Of a stretch of 63,764 nucleotides of DNA, positions 1 to 13,100 are shown one piece after another. The stretch is from Negaprion brevirostris (taxonomy: Eukaryota), in contig JARDVH010000193.1 of NCBI GenBank assembly GCA_030324005.1, positions 43,881,328 through 43,945,091 on the forward strand. Reading direction: 5' to 3'. Under the pieces are notes generated by a model. The model was not told the origin of the DNA and did no database searches. It saw nothing but the letters and a program-made list of their open reading frames with translations. The stretch's first letter is position 1, and every line of letters starts with the position of its first letter. The translations under genes and the position numbers were made by a program.

Positions 1-10
1 CCCTCCTCCC

Positions 11-75
11 CTCCCCGCCCTCCTTCCTCCGCTCCCCGCCCTCCTTCCTCCGCTCCCCGCCCTCCTTCCTCCGCT
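11..75. repeat. 21-bp GC-rich tandem repeat (3 exact copies of CTCCCCGCCCTCCTTCCTCCG), each with a GC box
   Basis: Units at 11-31, 32-52 and 53-73; each contains CCCCGCCC. Confidence 0.9.
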
Positions 76-1814
76 TTGGGACTATTCCTGTCACACAGCT
101 TTGATGGCTGATATCTCAAGTTCTTGCGGGGAAGGGGCTGGTGTTAATGGCATTATGTGTACTTGATTCCCTTGAACAATGATGACTGCTGCAACTACTA
201 AACTAGGCTTTTATTTTCAAATTACCAAAGTTACTTTACAGAAGGGTCAATTAATCACTTTATTGTTTTGGGCCAATTTAAATATTGTGCAGCCTGCATG
301 GGATCAGAGTGCTTTCTTCAGTCTTGTGCACGCTGGCACAGCTGCAGTATTTTACAAAGACACTGTTTTACTGTGGCCAATAAAATTGAATGCTCCCGTA
401 ACTGGGACTACAGTGCTGCTGACAATTTATTACACTGTGCGTTGTGCCTTCTATCTGGTGATTAAGAATTGTATGTCTTCCTCTAAATTTTTAAAATACG
501 TGTCTTTGATTTAAAGACAAATCGCCTATTTTCCAGCTGAAGAGATGGACAGCTGGCTTGTTCCTCAGATTTACTGTTACCATTCATACTGATCCAATAG
601 GAATGTAGAAAACCAAGCCTTAGCTGACATTCCCTCCAACTTCTTTCTCGCATCTTGTGCCCCCTCCTGCCAAAGGAGGCATTGCTTGAGGGATTTGACA
701 TGTGGAGAATACCTTCTCATCGTACCCAATATGATAATTGAACTTGGAAAAAGTTGCAACATTGCAAGTTAATTTGTTCTTTGTTGCTCTGTATATCTAA
801 TCTTGGCTTTGTACCAGATCCTATACATATCAGCCGATAGAACTTCATTTTACACAGGCCTCGTCTCTAATGCCAGTTGCTTGCCTAAGGTGTGCGGTGG
901 TGATTTTTTCTGTTGGGATCAATTTTCTACAACAAACATGGCTCTTACACTGTGCATATTGTGTTGCAGTGTGAAGATAGTATAAAAAAACTGTATGAAC
1001 ACATGTATTCCGGCATGAAAGAAGTTCACTATTAGCCAGTTTATAAAGGCTATTCTGTTGTCGTTTTGTTGATTATCTTGCCAAGGGAATTTTGATTGGG
1101 GTTGGTTGTCTCGGTATATCTAATCACTGGCATATGATGGGCTTTTCAGCATTTGGAATGATGTTTTTTGTCTCCTCAGATGGTTTGTTTTCCTGCAGTT
1201 ATTGTAGTTTTGGTGAAGTTTATTTTGCATGTACAGTTGACTGCTGAATGTCCAGTTTTGTTATTTAATTCGATCATTTTTACATTACACTTTGTTGCAA
1301 TGCACTTTAATGAACTGTTAGTATTGAACAAGGTTAAAATGATGGGTTGCTTTCACAGTGAGCAAACCAGAACACATGTTTTATAACTCCAGAGGATCAG
1401 TTTATTCAAACCTGCTATGAAAGTTGCTTGTTTTTACCTTGTACAGTGAGATTGCGTGCATTCTTTCAAATGATTAGATGTTCATTTACTTAACCAAGAG
1501 CAGGAGCTAGTGAGAAGATTTACCTGTACATAAATAACCTTGAAATGGTAGTTGACAGTTTCAGAAGGGGAGATTATTACTTGCAGTTTTAAGTCCCAAA
1601 TTGGCAATGATTAAGTCTATGAAAGATTGCTGCACAAGTTTAGGGAATGGATATCAAAAATAAAACCTATTTCAAATAAAGAATTAGCTCAAGATTAAAC
1701 AGCAAATATTTTTTGTAGGAGTGATATCTGGCTTTGGGGAAATACTGAATGGGAGAGCAGTTTGTGATTGGTGCCGTGGTCCATATTAGTCCCAATCTAA
1801 AATTTAAGAAGTGG

Positions 1815-3140
1815 AAGAAGCACAGCAAGTCATTCAGTATCTGTGGAGCAAGGAAAACAGTTAATGTTGACAACCTTTCATCAGAACTGGAAGAAATTAG
1901 AGATTTAACTGTCCTGACTTGGAAATCTCTCACTACTACTTCATCACTGCGTCAAAATTCTGGAACTTGCTACCCAGCAGTATCTTGGGAGCACCTCACA
2001 TGGATTGCAAAGGTTCAAGAAGATGGCTCACTGCTGCCTTCTTGAGGGCAATAAGGATAGGCAGTAAATGCTGGCCTTGCTTGCCACATCCAGTGAATGC
2101 CTTTTTCAAAACATTTTTAAAGACAGTGCAGAACTGAAGGGTAGACCTGTGATAGGATAGAGGATAAAGATAGCTTAACAAAAGGGATGGATGATGGTGC
2201 AAGGCAAAAGGAAGTGCTAAAAGGACAAGTAAATAAGGAAAAGATTTGTGAATGGCAACACCAATTGTCAGCGGTCAGAGAAAATGGGAGCAATGATTAT
2301 GATCTGAGGCCTTAAGTCAATGCTGGAAAAGCTGTAAATGCCTGTCTGAGGTATGAGATGCTGCTCTTCAAGCATCCAAGCAATCCAACTTAATTGAAAC
2401 AGTTTGGGAGACCTCAGAAGTGAAGTCAGAGGGGAGAGGAGCAGCGCATTAAAATGATAGATAACCAAAAACTCAGGTTCATGCTTTTGGACTGATTAGG
2501 GAAATTAAGAAAGTGATCACCCAACCTGTGTTAGGTCTTATCAGCGTGAACACTGGAGCCTGTTTGTTAGATGCAGCCAAAATCACTGCAAAGGAATTAA
2601 GTGCGCATGTTGCCACCAACATCATCAATGTCCCCTACCTCCCAGAACTACAGAGATTAGTAGCCTGTCTCAATGGCCTCCTGTGATAGGAATAGTCCCA
2701 AACAGTACTACAGTTGAACTACAATAAACAGAGCAGCACAATGCCTGCGCAATGCGATCAACCACCATCAGTACATCTCTGCAGTCGCCTTCTTCTGAAT
2801 ACAGTTTCTTTATTAGTTATAACTTAATTTTGTGCATATTAGCCAACACTGCCAGCATAATTATACCTAAATGATTAATTCATGGAAGAAGCACAAATAA
2901 ATTGCTTTTATGGCTGAAAGGAGTGTTTGGGCTCCAGATGATGGGAAGGGAGTAGGTGAAAGGGCAGCTGTTGTATCTCCTGAATTTGGTACCAGAGGAA
3001 CAAGAGGAGATTTGGGGAGAATTGGCAAGTGGATCAGAATGACAGGAAGGGGACAGTTTCTTTTGAATGCTGAAAGAGTAGGGGGAGATATGTTTAGAGG
3101 CATCACACAGGAAGTGGTGGCATGGGATAGGATGTTCAGT
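1815..3140 (-). mobile_element. Decayed Penelope-like element (family P2): ORF remnants plus terminal repeat, interrupted at about 1912-2100 by a LINE/SINE tail
   Basis: Minus-strand remnants LEEQHLI (GIY-YIG C-terminal region), ISPPTLSAFKRNCPL and SCPFTYSL resemble recalled Penelope ORF motifs. Terminal motif ctgtggag...ctttcatcagaactgg is shared with the 36.2k and 54.5k copies. Confidence 0.7.
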
Positions 3141-3220
3141 TAAATGTGGGTGATTGGGATAGGGGGGTAATTCTGTCATGGTTCTGGGAGGAAGGGGAAA
3201 GGTGTTAATAATCTGCATAC

Positions 3221-3885
3221 ATGGCAACCTCCCGCTCCTCCATTGTTGCTAAATTATCAGATTACTTATCCAACATTCCATATTGGATGTGCAGAAGTTT
3301 CCTCCATGAAAATATTTGGAAGACTGAAGCTACATTAGTCCCCACTCCAAACTTAATTCCCTTGCTACCAACTCCAACTTCCACTTCCTATAACTTTTTA
3401 TTTGTACATGGAATGTGGGCATTGCAGGCTGGGCCAGCATTTATTGCCTGCCCATCCCTAAATGCCCTGTTGCAGGTCATCTGCTGCTGAAACTCTCAAT
3501 CATGCCTTCATTACCTCTGATCTTGACTCCTCCAAGCTGGTCTCCCACATTTTATTCTCCTTGCGGTCATCCAAAAACTCTGCCCATGTCTTAGCTCACA
3601 GTTAGTCCCATTCTCCTAGCATCTCTCTGCTTGCTAACAAAACATTGGCTGCTAGAAAACAATGTCTTGATTGTAAATTATCATTGTTTCCAAATCTTTC
3701 CATGGCCTCAATCTCCCTATCTCTATAATCCTCAGTCCCACGACAGTCAAACTATCTGCATTCCTCCAAATCTGACCTCTTAAGCATTCCTGATTTCCAT
3801 TACTTCACAGTCAGTGAGTGTGTCTTCGGTTGTCTAGGGTGTAATGCTGTATTACATTAAAGCTGCTATATAAATAAAATTGTTG
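3221..3885 (+). mobile_element. Decayed L2-clade LINE 3' part
   Basis: LSDYLSNIPYWMCRSFLHENIWKTEA resembles the L2 RT motif L..I..WM..NFL.LN..KTE; tail ...gctatataaataaaattgttg. Confidence 0.7.
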
Positions 3886-4042
3886 ATTCAGTGCAATGAT
3901 AGGGGGGCATGAAATTATAGAAGGACCTAGGTGAAATGTTCAAATGAATAGATCTGTGCTAGGTAATACACAAAATAGACAAATGTAGGATATTTGAGCT
4001 TGGAAGAAGCAATTGCGGGAGCGGGCGGGGGGGGGGAGGTTG

Positions 4043-4385
4043 AGGGGCAGTGAATGGTAATCTCCCTGAACTAATCCAGAGGCCTCGGCAGTGCTCTGGG
4101 GTCATGAGTTCAATCCCATCAAGACGCCTGGAGGAATTTAATTTCAATTAAAATCTGGAATTGAAAGCTAGTCCCAGTAATGGTGACTTGCATGTTGATC
4201 GTTGGAAAAATCATCTGTCTGGTTCACACTTTCAGGAGGGAAATCTGCCATCCTTGCCTAGACTGGCCTATATGTGACTCCAGATCCACAACAATGGCTT
4301 GCTGGGAATCAACTACAATCAGTTCAAGCACAATAAATGTTGGTTTTGTCCTTGACTCCCACATCCTGTAAATGAATTTTTAAAA
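4043..4385 (+). mobile_element. tRNA-headed SINE (MER131-like as recalled), paralogous to 36826-37185
   Basis: B-box-like gagttcaatccc. Shares aaatctggaatt, ggttcac, ggaaatctgc, ctggcctatatgtgactccagatcca and the A-rich tail with the 36.8k copy. Confidence 0.7.
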
Positions 4386-4420
4386 TGACCTGATACTTTT
4401 TATTGAATTTCCTTTTGCAG

Positions 4421-4511
4421 TTTCATCTCATTCAAAGAGAATGTTAACCTTCCAGCAGTAGGAAATTTTGTACATGTGCTTGACTATGAATGGTATCGGG
4501 CTATCAACAAG
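4421..4511 (+). CDS. RIPOR1: Candidate upstream exon of RIPOR1 (ATG 4490; MVSGYQQ-G)
   Basis: Acceptor ttccttttgcag ends 4420, donor AAG|GTTAGT at 4511/4512. ATG 4490 ends in phase 1 and joins 10054 in frame, giving [23 protein letters not shown]. No transcript evidence. Confidence 0.4.
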
Positions 4512-5204
4512 GTTAGTGATCAGATGAAAGGTCTTGGCTAACTTTATAATCTAATTATTCCTTTCTAACCCAGAAGAACTGAAACCAAACCTTTGCTCCT
4601 GCCAAGTTAGATAAATTGGATTTACCCGCCAGTCTTGTATATGTATAAATAGTATTGGGTCACAACATAAACTTTGAACTCCAGTGATTCTGCTTCTGAC
4701 AGTATCAGCATTCTTTAGAATGTTCCTACATATATGACCTTGTGATCTCCTCCCGAGATGTTTCCTCGAATGGAAATAATTTGATGAAAGCTGTTCGTTA
4801 ACCCTGAGGACTTCAGTGGGATGTTTGCAGGACTAAGATGGAACCCAGTCTCTCCGTGGCAGGATGGAGACTCTCTCAGTAAATTTTCATTACCCCAAAT
4901 ACTAAAAGAAGATTATTATGGGCAGTTTTTTCCCCTAATGGATTAATACATCAAGATTTCCTGTAGTTTTTATGCAATTAAACCTTGCATGATGTGCATC
5001 AGTTTCTCTGTTTGATTTATTTGGTGTCGAGATGCCGGCGTTGGACTGGGGTAAAGTGGGCTNNNNNNNNNNNNNNNNNNNNNNNNNNNNNNNNNNNNNN
5101 NNNNNNNNNNNNNNNNNNNNNNNNNNNNNNNNNNNNNNNNNNNNNNNNNNNNNNNNNNNNNNACCTTGCATGATGTGCATCAGTTTCTCTGTTTGATTTA
5201 TTTG

Positions 5205-5297
5205 GTGTAGAGATGCCGGCGTTGGACTGGGGTAAAGTGGGCTTATTATCAAATAAACTGGTTGGACTTTAACCTGGTGTTGTGAGACTTCTTACTG
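5205..5297. mobile_element. Penelope-like (family P1) inverted terminal-repeat fragment
   Basis: Minus-strand end gagatgccggcgttggactggggtaaa fused to plus-strand gtgg..aaataaac..gttggactttaacctggtgttgtgagacttcttactg. Same family at 22.7k, 24.0k, 26.0k, 59.4k and 62.1k. Confidence 0.8.
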
Positions 5298-8200
5298 ATT
5301 TATTTGAGGCATGTTTTTAGTGATATGAAATTATTTCCTTTGGTTTCTGCCTTGAATAGTTTTCCCCTGTTCTTCACAAATATTTTCTTTGACAAGTCAG
5401 TGCTGCAGGGTTTTTTGCAAAGCTCTATTGGGGCAGGCTGATAGCTTTGCCTTCTCACATTCCCACAACTCTGTAAGCACCAAAATAAATGCCATGTTTG
5501 ATGCCTTGCAACATTGACTCCTCCACATACAAGTTGGCAGTGATGCTCCATAATTTGCCTGTACCAGTTACTGACTGTTGCATATGTTTGCGACACAATT
5601 GATTTGTGGGGGTCCGAAGAAGACATAGGAAAGGGGCAAATACATTTGTCTGTGTGTTAACTGATAGCAGCTGTAAATTCATTCATTCATGCATGTGTGC
5701 GCACACACCCTCTGAATGCAGAAGGCTGTGTCTGTGCTTGATGCCTGCCCATACTTGACTTGGAGTAGTAAAGGCCAGCGGTAAAACTGTGGCCTCACAG
5801 CATTTAATCTTCAGAACAAAAAGGTGTGATGGCATAAACAAGGTGTGGGCTTTTGAAATGCTTTTTTTGTGTTTAGTAAATAGCTGTCTTCTAGAACTCT
5901 ACTCTGGTTATAATGATGAGACTTCAGTGCAGCATGAGGTTAAAATGAATAATGATGTATTTTCTGAGCTTTGCTGGGGAGAAGGTACAAAATGCAGATG
6001 TTTCTGTGCTGTGGTAAGTCATTAGCTCTCTAATGTTTCTGATGTTCAATCTTTGAAAATCATTGAAGAGCAAGTGAAGCTTAAGAATACAAGTCGTTCT
6101 TCAGCTGTAATTATAAACTAACATGTTAACTCCAGTTCAATGTATTTAAAACCACAGATCTTTTTCAAACTTTCAACTCAGTAAACATTTCTGTGGATAA
6201 ATGCACGTTCTGGTGGCTATGGTGTAGAGATTTAGTGTTTTTCCAAAGCTGAAACCTTGTGCCTGCTACCTCCTTTGATGTTCTACATTTAGCCATTTAC
6301 ACAGGCAATGAGAAAACAGCATAAGCTGTGATGTTTCAAATGTGTCAGTTTTGAAAATCTCTCCTCAGCCGAGTCTTGTCATCTTTAGCTCTGATTCCAA
6401 CTTGGTTCATCTAGTATTGCTGTACTTGGTGTCAAATTCTAAACTTCTCATTTGACCATTATCACTCAACCGGGTGAACTGAATCGGCTCCCCATTAAAC
6501 ATGTTGAAGGATAACGGGGAGGGAATTCAGGGTTAAGTGTATAGAGCAGGAGGGTGTACGGGGGAGACACAAAGCTAAGTATATAGCAAAATTGTTTCAC
6601 CTAATTGACTATGGGTTTTTGATGTCATCTGTTTTGGACTCTGCTGGGAGACCACATCTTGACATGTAGGGAATAGGGCGTTTCCTGACATGATGCATGA
6701 AGCATTACAGCAATGTGAAACAGGCTAAATAGACCTCTTCAGCTTTTGAGTGCTCAGAAGTTCGAAGTCATTCCCAGTTTTTGGATTTTTATAGGTTCCA
6801 CTGAGATATCAAGAAATAAATGTAAATAATCTTAATGATTGTGTGTGTAAAACAGTTTTATTTTACACAACTTCATTCATTAAGAAATGTCAAACTTCAC
6901 TGCTAGATTTTATGAAAGCGAACACTTTCTATTTCTGTAATGTCCTCACGTTCTTGCGATATATCAAAATCCTATGTGTCCAGTGAGTGATTTTTGAACT
7001 GTAGCNNNNNNNNNNNNNNNNNNNNNNNNNNNNNNNNNNNNNNNNNNNNNNNNNNNNNNNNNNNNNNNNNNNNNNNNNNNNNNNNNNNNNNNNNNNNNNN
7101 NNNNNNNNNNNNNNNNNNNNNNNNNNNNNNNNNNNNNNNNNNNNNNNNNNNNNNNNNNNNNNNNNNNNNNNNNNNNNNNNNNNNNNNNNNNNNNNNNNNN
7201 NNNNNNNNNNNNNNNNNNNNNNNNNNNNNNNNNNNNNNNNNNNNNNNNNNNNNNNNNNNNNNNNNNNNNNNNNNNNNNNNNNNNNNNNNNNNNNNNNNNN
7301 NNNNNNNNNNNNNNNNNNNNNNNNNNNNNNNNNNNNNNNNNNCTCTGATACAGCACTCCCTCAGACATTAGTGAATTCCAACTTTCTGACAAAAGATGCA
7401 TGCACAGAAGCTGTTGTAGCTTCCTTGTCAGGCCAGTATAGCAGCAAGAGAGGCCAAGTCTAGCAGAGATCCAGAAAATTAATTTTTTTTTGGTGACCCA
7501 TAAGGAAACCTTGCATTTCCCTTACTACCGGCTTCCTATTCTCTTTCCTGACATGATGCCTTCCCAATAGCCTCTGTCCACTTAGCTGAGTACTAGAGAC
7601 CATTTCTTCAGGGTTCTTACAATGGCCTCCTGATCCTGAAATGCCACTGCTGCCTGCTGACACTTCCCACGTGGAGCTGGGTGAGAGATGATGGAAGCTA
7701 TACAGATGAGAGCCAGGGGTTAAAGTCTCCTGGACAGTAACCTAAAGGTTTGCTGTCTGTCCAGATGCAGCCTGTGAGTTAACATAAACTTTAACAGTCT
7801 GATTAAAAATAATATTGCAACTTCAACTTTTAAGCGTGAAGTGGTTGTGCAGAATCTTTCAACCCAGTGAACTCTTCAGTGACTAGGCATTATTATGGTG
7901 GACTATGCAATATGTAATTTATTCTTTTTAAGCAAGTTATGAGTCACCTTTGATTCCTTGGTGAATATTCTGAATAGTTTTAAGGCTCTGTGTATAACGG
8001 ATTATGTGCTTTCCAGCTATGTGTAGGAGTTGCTGTGATTGTCTCCAGTCCTGAACAGTGCAAGCCACTAAACAGTTGCTCAGAGCAGTGAATTTCTTTT
8101 CTCACTATGTTTCTCTTGCCTCTTTGCTGATGACATTGACTCCTTGTTGGGATATGTGTCGATGCAAATCCACTGACCACCAGTATATGTTTTCAAGATA

Positions 8201-8321
8201 AGTATATAGCTGGTGTGCGAGAAATGAATGTTCCAACCACAACACCAAATACTAAAATCTTCCCTGTCAAATATTACTGGATGCAATTCCCCTGTGATGG
8301 TCTGATACAGGATGATGGAAG

Positions 8322-8850
8322 GTAAGAATAGGAGTTAGCCATTTAGCCCCTTTTGATTCTGTTCTGCTATTCGATGAGATCATGGCTGACCTGTATCTTG
8401 GCTCCATCTAACTGTCTAGCTTCATATTTCTTTAATGCCCTTCACTGACAAAAATCTATCCATCTCAGATTAAAATTACTAATTGAGTGAGCATCTATTG
8501 CTTTTTGCAGTAGTGTTCCGCACTTTTTGCATGAATGTGTTCCTTTACCTTTTTATCCTGACTGGATGGCCTGGCTCTGATTTGAAAGTTATGTTCTCTT
8601 GGTTGTGATTCCCAATAATTTCAATCTATTGAGTTCCTTTCAAAATCTTAAAAGTCTCAACCAAATTCCTCCTTGACTTTTATATTCTGGGAGTAAGGTC
8701 TGGTTTATGTAAACCCTTCGAGCTCTGATGACGTTTTGGTGAATCTGCACTCCTTCTGTGAACAATGTATCTGTACTAAGATGTGATGCCCAAATGGTAT
8801 GCAGTAGTCCAGAAAAGGTTTAACTTTAATTTATATACAGCTGTAGCACA
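8322..8850 (-). mobile_element. CR1 LINE 3' end, decayed
   Basis: Antisense CR1 tail (ataggagttagccatt..gatcatggctgac..aaaaatctatc) similar to the copy at 63533-63764. Confidence 0.7.
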
Positions 8851-10053
8851 ATGTGATTTGACAATAGGCAGACTTGTTCAACAAATCTTCAATCTCTTTA
8901 GATGAGAAACTTCCCAGAAGCAATGAAACTTTGTAAATAAAAAAATGGAAAATTCAATATGGAATGGCCCTTGTTGGTACTGGTCTCCTGAGCAGGTGTG
9001 AAGATTCTAGTAAAATTCACACTAAGTTGTCTCCAGTAACCTGTATATAGGGTTTGTAATTACCTCCTCAGAATTAATTTCTCTGTTGTTTGATGCACTA
9101 TATCAATTTATGAAATAATTTGCAGGTTAAGGATAATAGTTTGTGACTGGTGTATTGATCTTATTGCATGCTTATTTGGGTGGCCTCCAACTGGATATAG
9201 TGAACAGTTAAAAGCTATTTGAATGTATTTCATNNNNNNNNNNNNNNNNNNNNNNNNNNNNNNNNNNNNNNNNNNNNNNNNNNNNNNNNNNNNNNNNNNN
9301 NNNNNNNNNNNNNNNNNNNNNNNNNNNNNNNNNATATAGTGAACAGTTAAAAGCTATTTTAATGTATTTCATTTAGAGACATTTATAAAATGTTATAGCT
9401 CTATAATACCTCTAATAGTTAACAAGATTTTGTCATCCATCCTAATTTTGTTTTTGAGAAGGTGTAGTATTACATCCCACGTATATTTGCAAAAATACTT
9501 GTGTCATTATTTTAAAGTAATGTGACTACATTCTGACTACACTAAAGTTATATTAACCATTAGAACATAAGCTGGTATATTGCTGCCGGTATTCAACAAA
9601 ATGAGAACACAGCGAATCGGGAAGGATACTCTTACTGAGCCTGGAATCTTTAACTTTTAATTCTTCATCTGTGCCATACTTTAGTATACCAAATAACTTT
9701 ACAAACTGACTGGGCATGGGATTTCTTGTGGTACGTATGATGAGAGCATTCTGCCTTGTCACACATTGTTCTGTTGGTAAGGCAGAAATAATTTGAGCTC
9801 TAATTGTTGTAAGTAAACAGCACCTGAGATCACTTAGAACTTAACTGTGTTGTTGAGGAAAATTTGCAGACTGCAAGGTGCTTGTAAATCTCCAGATGAG
9901 GAAAATTACAGTATGAAATTACTGCCCTTTTCACTTACTTTTAATGCAGTGAAGCACTTACAATTATAATGACCCATTCTCGGCTCATTAGAAGCACACG
10001 TTAGTGTACGTATATGACAGTCGTATACTGATGTCTTTTCTCTATTTTGACAG

Positions 10054-10180
10054 GGCTCCCAGCCAGGATACCATTCACAATGTCACTCTCCATGCGGCCT
10101 GTGCGCCGCATTTTGTTTACTGGAATTACTAGGAGTCAGTCTTTTGCTGGAGTCAGTTCACCACAGGACAAAGCATTCAG
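10054..10180 (+). CDS. RIPOR1: RIPOR1 exon 1 (numbered in window): (G)[42 protein letters not shown]
   Basis: Acceptor tctattttgacag, ATG 10080, conserved RSQSFAG motif, donor AG|GTTAGT (phase 2). Confidence 0.92.
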
Positions 10181-13100
10181 GTTAGTGATGTTTACAAATC
10201 AAACTGGGCCTTGATGATTTAATGGATTATTTTCCCCACTGAGCCAGAATTGCAAAGCTTTTTTTCAAGCATATGGAAAGAATCGGTCAATATTGTAGGG
10301 CTGTGTTCTGAAGATTTGGTACACACACACTGTACTCACTGCCCCGTACACTAATGGTACAGACTATTTGCTCCATGTCAGATAACCGCGCCTGGGATGG
10401 CAAGATCAGTGGTTAAATGTTGCTGCTGCTGTTCTCGAACATACATACAACTTCAACCTCTTACCCACAGAACTGACGAATCCCTTAAACAACTGTTTCC
10501 TGGGTTGAAATTCTGAGAGATTCAGAACCTCCCAACCTAACTTTATACCACCGCATGGATTGCAACCATTCTTCAAGAAGAAGGGCAATTGGGGATGGAC
10601 AGCAAATGCTGGCCTAGCCAATGACTTCCATATCCCTTGAATCAAATAAAAATTTGTATTTATATAGCACCTTTTGCAACCTCCCACCATATTTAGCAGC
10701 CAACAAAATGCACTACTTTTTTTTGAAAGTGTAATCACTGGCAAACAATTTGTCCATGGTAAGGCCTTACAAATAATACTGAGATAATGGCCTGATCTAT
10801 TTGCAAGGACACTGGAAAAGCTCCTGGCTCATTTTTGAAGTAGCAACATCTGATATTTTATGCCCACCTGAGAGGGCATACAGGGACTTCATTTATCTTG
10901 TCATCTGAAAAGCACTACCTCTGACTGTGTGCTGCACTCCTTCAGAACTGTCTGGATAGTGTTTTCAAGTCTCTGGTGAGTGAGACTTAATCCTGCAACT
11001 TGTAGATAAGGACAAGAATGTTATCATCAAGCCTGAGGCTGCTTGAATCAGATCTCAATGGATCTTTGATGTCCGTTAAATTATAAATAATGAGTCAACC
11101 CCTTGAGCAGAAGTAGAAACATTTTGCTGCATCTTTGTTTTGTACAGGTGGGATTTCTGGTTTCTCCAGTTCTCTCTCTGATCTGTTTGTGGCAGAAAAC
11201 CAAAAGCATAATTTCGGTAACTATTCAGGGTGCAAAGGTTTGACAGGATTGTAAAGCTTCTTTACTCAAATGTTAATTAGCATCATAAATGCGAGTTAAA
11301 TTCTTTTGGCCATCAGTTAGTAAGCATGAACGTGTCAGACTCACCAATTCTGGTCGCTGATTTACCTGAATAATGCAAAGGCTGTTGTCTACTCAGCTGT
11401 GGTATTCGTTTATTGGCAGGAAACTTAAGGAGAAACCTGATTGTCTGATTAGATCCATGAAACATGGATTGTTTGTTGATGGCCATCAATTCACTGTAAA
11501 GAAAGGACCAAAAAGATTTGACGATGTAATTAATCATTAATGAAAATAAGACTAAATAGGTAGTTTTTTACTTGTTCATGGGATGCAGATGTCACTGGCT
11601 GGATCAACATTTATTGCCTGTCCCTAACTGCCCCTGAGAAGTGTGATGAATGTTTAAGGTAAAAGATAAAATATGCAGCCGTTTTTCTGGAGAGTTATTT
11701 TGACATGCTAAGTGGAGAATACTGTGCAAGAACAGGTATCTTTACAGGTAAGAAACCTGCCTTGTGAATTAGCACTTTTCCAGCAACCTCCAAGATCTGA
11801 TTTACACTGTGCTCTGGATGTGACCCTTCTGGCCCTATAAAAGTAATAAACTGTAGATACCAACCTTATCCCAAGATCTTGATCTGTGTATATTCCATAA
11901 GAGGATTTTTTCCCCCACAATTTTCTTCTTGCCTTGAAGTTGTGCGTGTTAGGTGCATTGGCCATACTAAATTGCCCACTAGTGCCCAAAAATCGTAGAT
12001 TTGGGGGATTAACCAGGTAAATATATGGGGTTACGGGGATAGGGCCTGGGTGGGATTGTTGTCGGCGCAAACTCAATGGGCCGAATGGCCTCTTTCTGTA
12101 TTGCAGGGATTCTATGAATGTGTAATAAACACTGTAAAAAGCGCACATTTTCCTGCCAAGCTGTCCAAAGTACAGTTGTGTTTCTGGAAAGGTTGAGGTC
12201 AGAATATTTGGCTCTATGGTGCCTGGTGTTTTGGGTGCAAGATGGCCATAGCAAGCTTCTGGTGGACAAGACAGCATTTTGGTGAGGCTGTCATTTTGAT
12301 GAAGATGTCACTGCTGATGTTAGGAGTGTGGTGGTGGAAGCATGGCGAGTAGGAAAATTGAGATATCAATCAATATACAACTCTTCCAGTGCCATTTTTG
12401 ATCTTGGCGTTTCAGCTGATGCACTCCTTAACCACACACAGATGAGCATGCACTCAGCAACAGGTAGGATCTCACATCAGTGATATTTAAAAGTAAGATC
12501 TGGCTAACTTTCAGATCAATTACAGATTTCTACTGGCTGTTGCTGGGTTAGTAGAAGTTTGTGGAGTTTAGACTGCTACTTAAAAGTTGGTGAAGTTGAT
12601 GAGGAGTGGACTGTACATGCTGAAAGTCTTGGTACGCACACCAGAGGATCTGCTGATATTGACAAGGGTTGAAAGTTTTTGTGCAGGATTACCAATGCAT
12701 CCAGCATTAGATCCCAGTTAATCCTAACTAAGTTTTATTTCTAGGCTATTGAAAAGAAAACTGAGTTTCCCTGCTTTTCTTGGGACAGTTACAACCACGT
12801 GGTCACCATTTTGGTGATGGATGTATTTCTCTCCCTGCTGGTGATAGTGAGTCATAGTTGTGCTGTTGAAGGTTGCTAATTTTCATTCATTGATATTGTG
12901 AATTTTTGTCTTCCAGAAAGCTAAAGGTGTTCAGTACCCCATCAACACAGCGGAAAGCTTCTCCTCGAGCTGGCAAAATGTTCAACATTTCTCATAAATC
13001 ACTCCCACCCAAGAGCCCTCAGCCTGAACGGCTGGATGAGGTTTATGAAGCTTTGAAAAAGGGTTTAAAGTAAGGAGTTCTTACTTTCTGCGAGCAAGTG

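Noticed and set aside
6964-7401. ORFs spanning N-runs (also at 27.8k, 36.3k, 55.7k and others)
   Set aside because: Artefacts of translating assembly gaps.
11708-12277. 189-aa minus-strand ORF, and similar ORFs at 39827, 21799, 51672 and 58407
   Set aside because: They run through SINEs, GC-rich repeats or the antisense of a real exon, with no recognisable domain or splice support.
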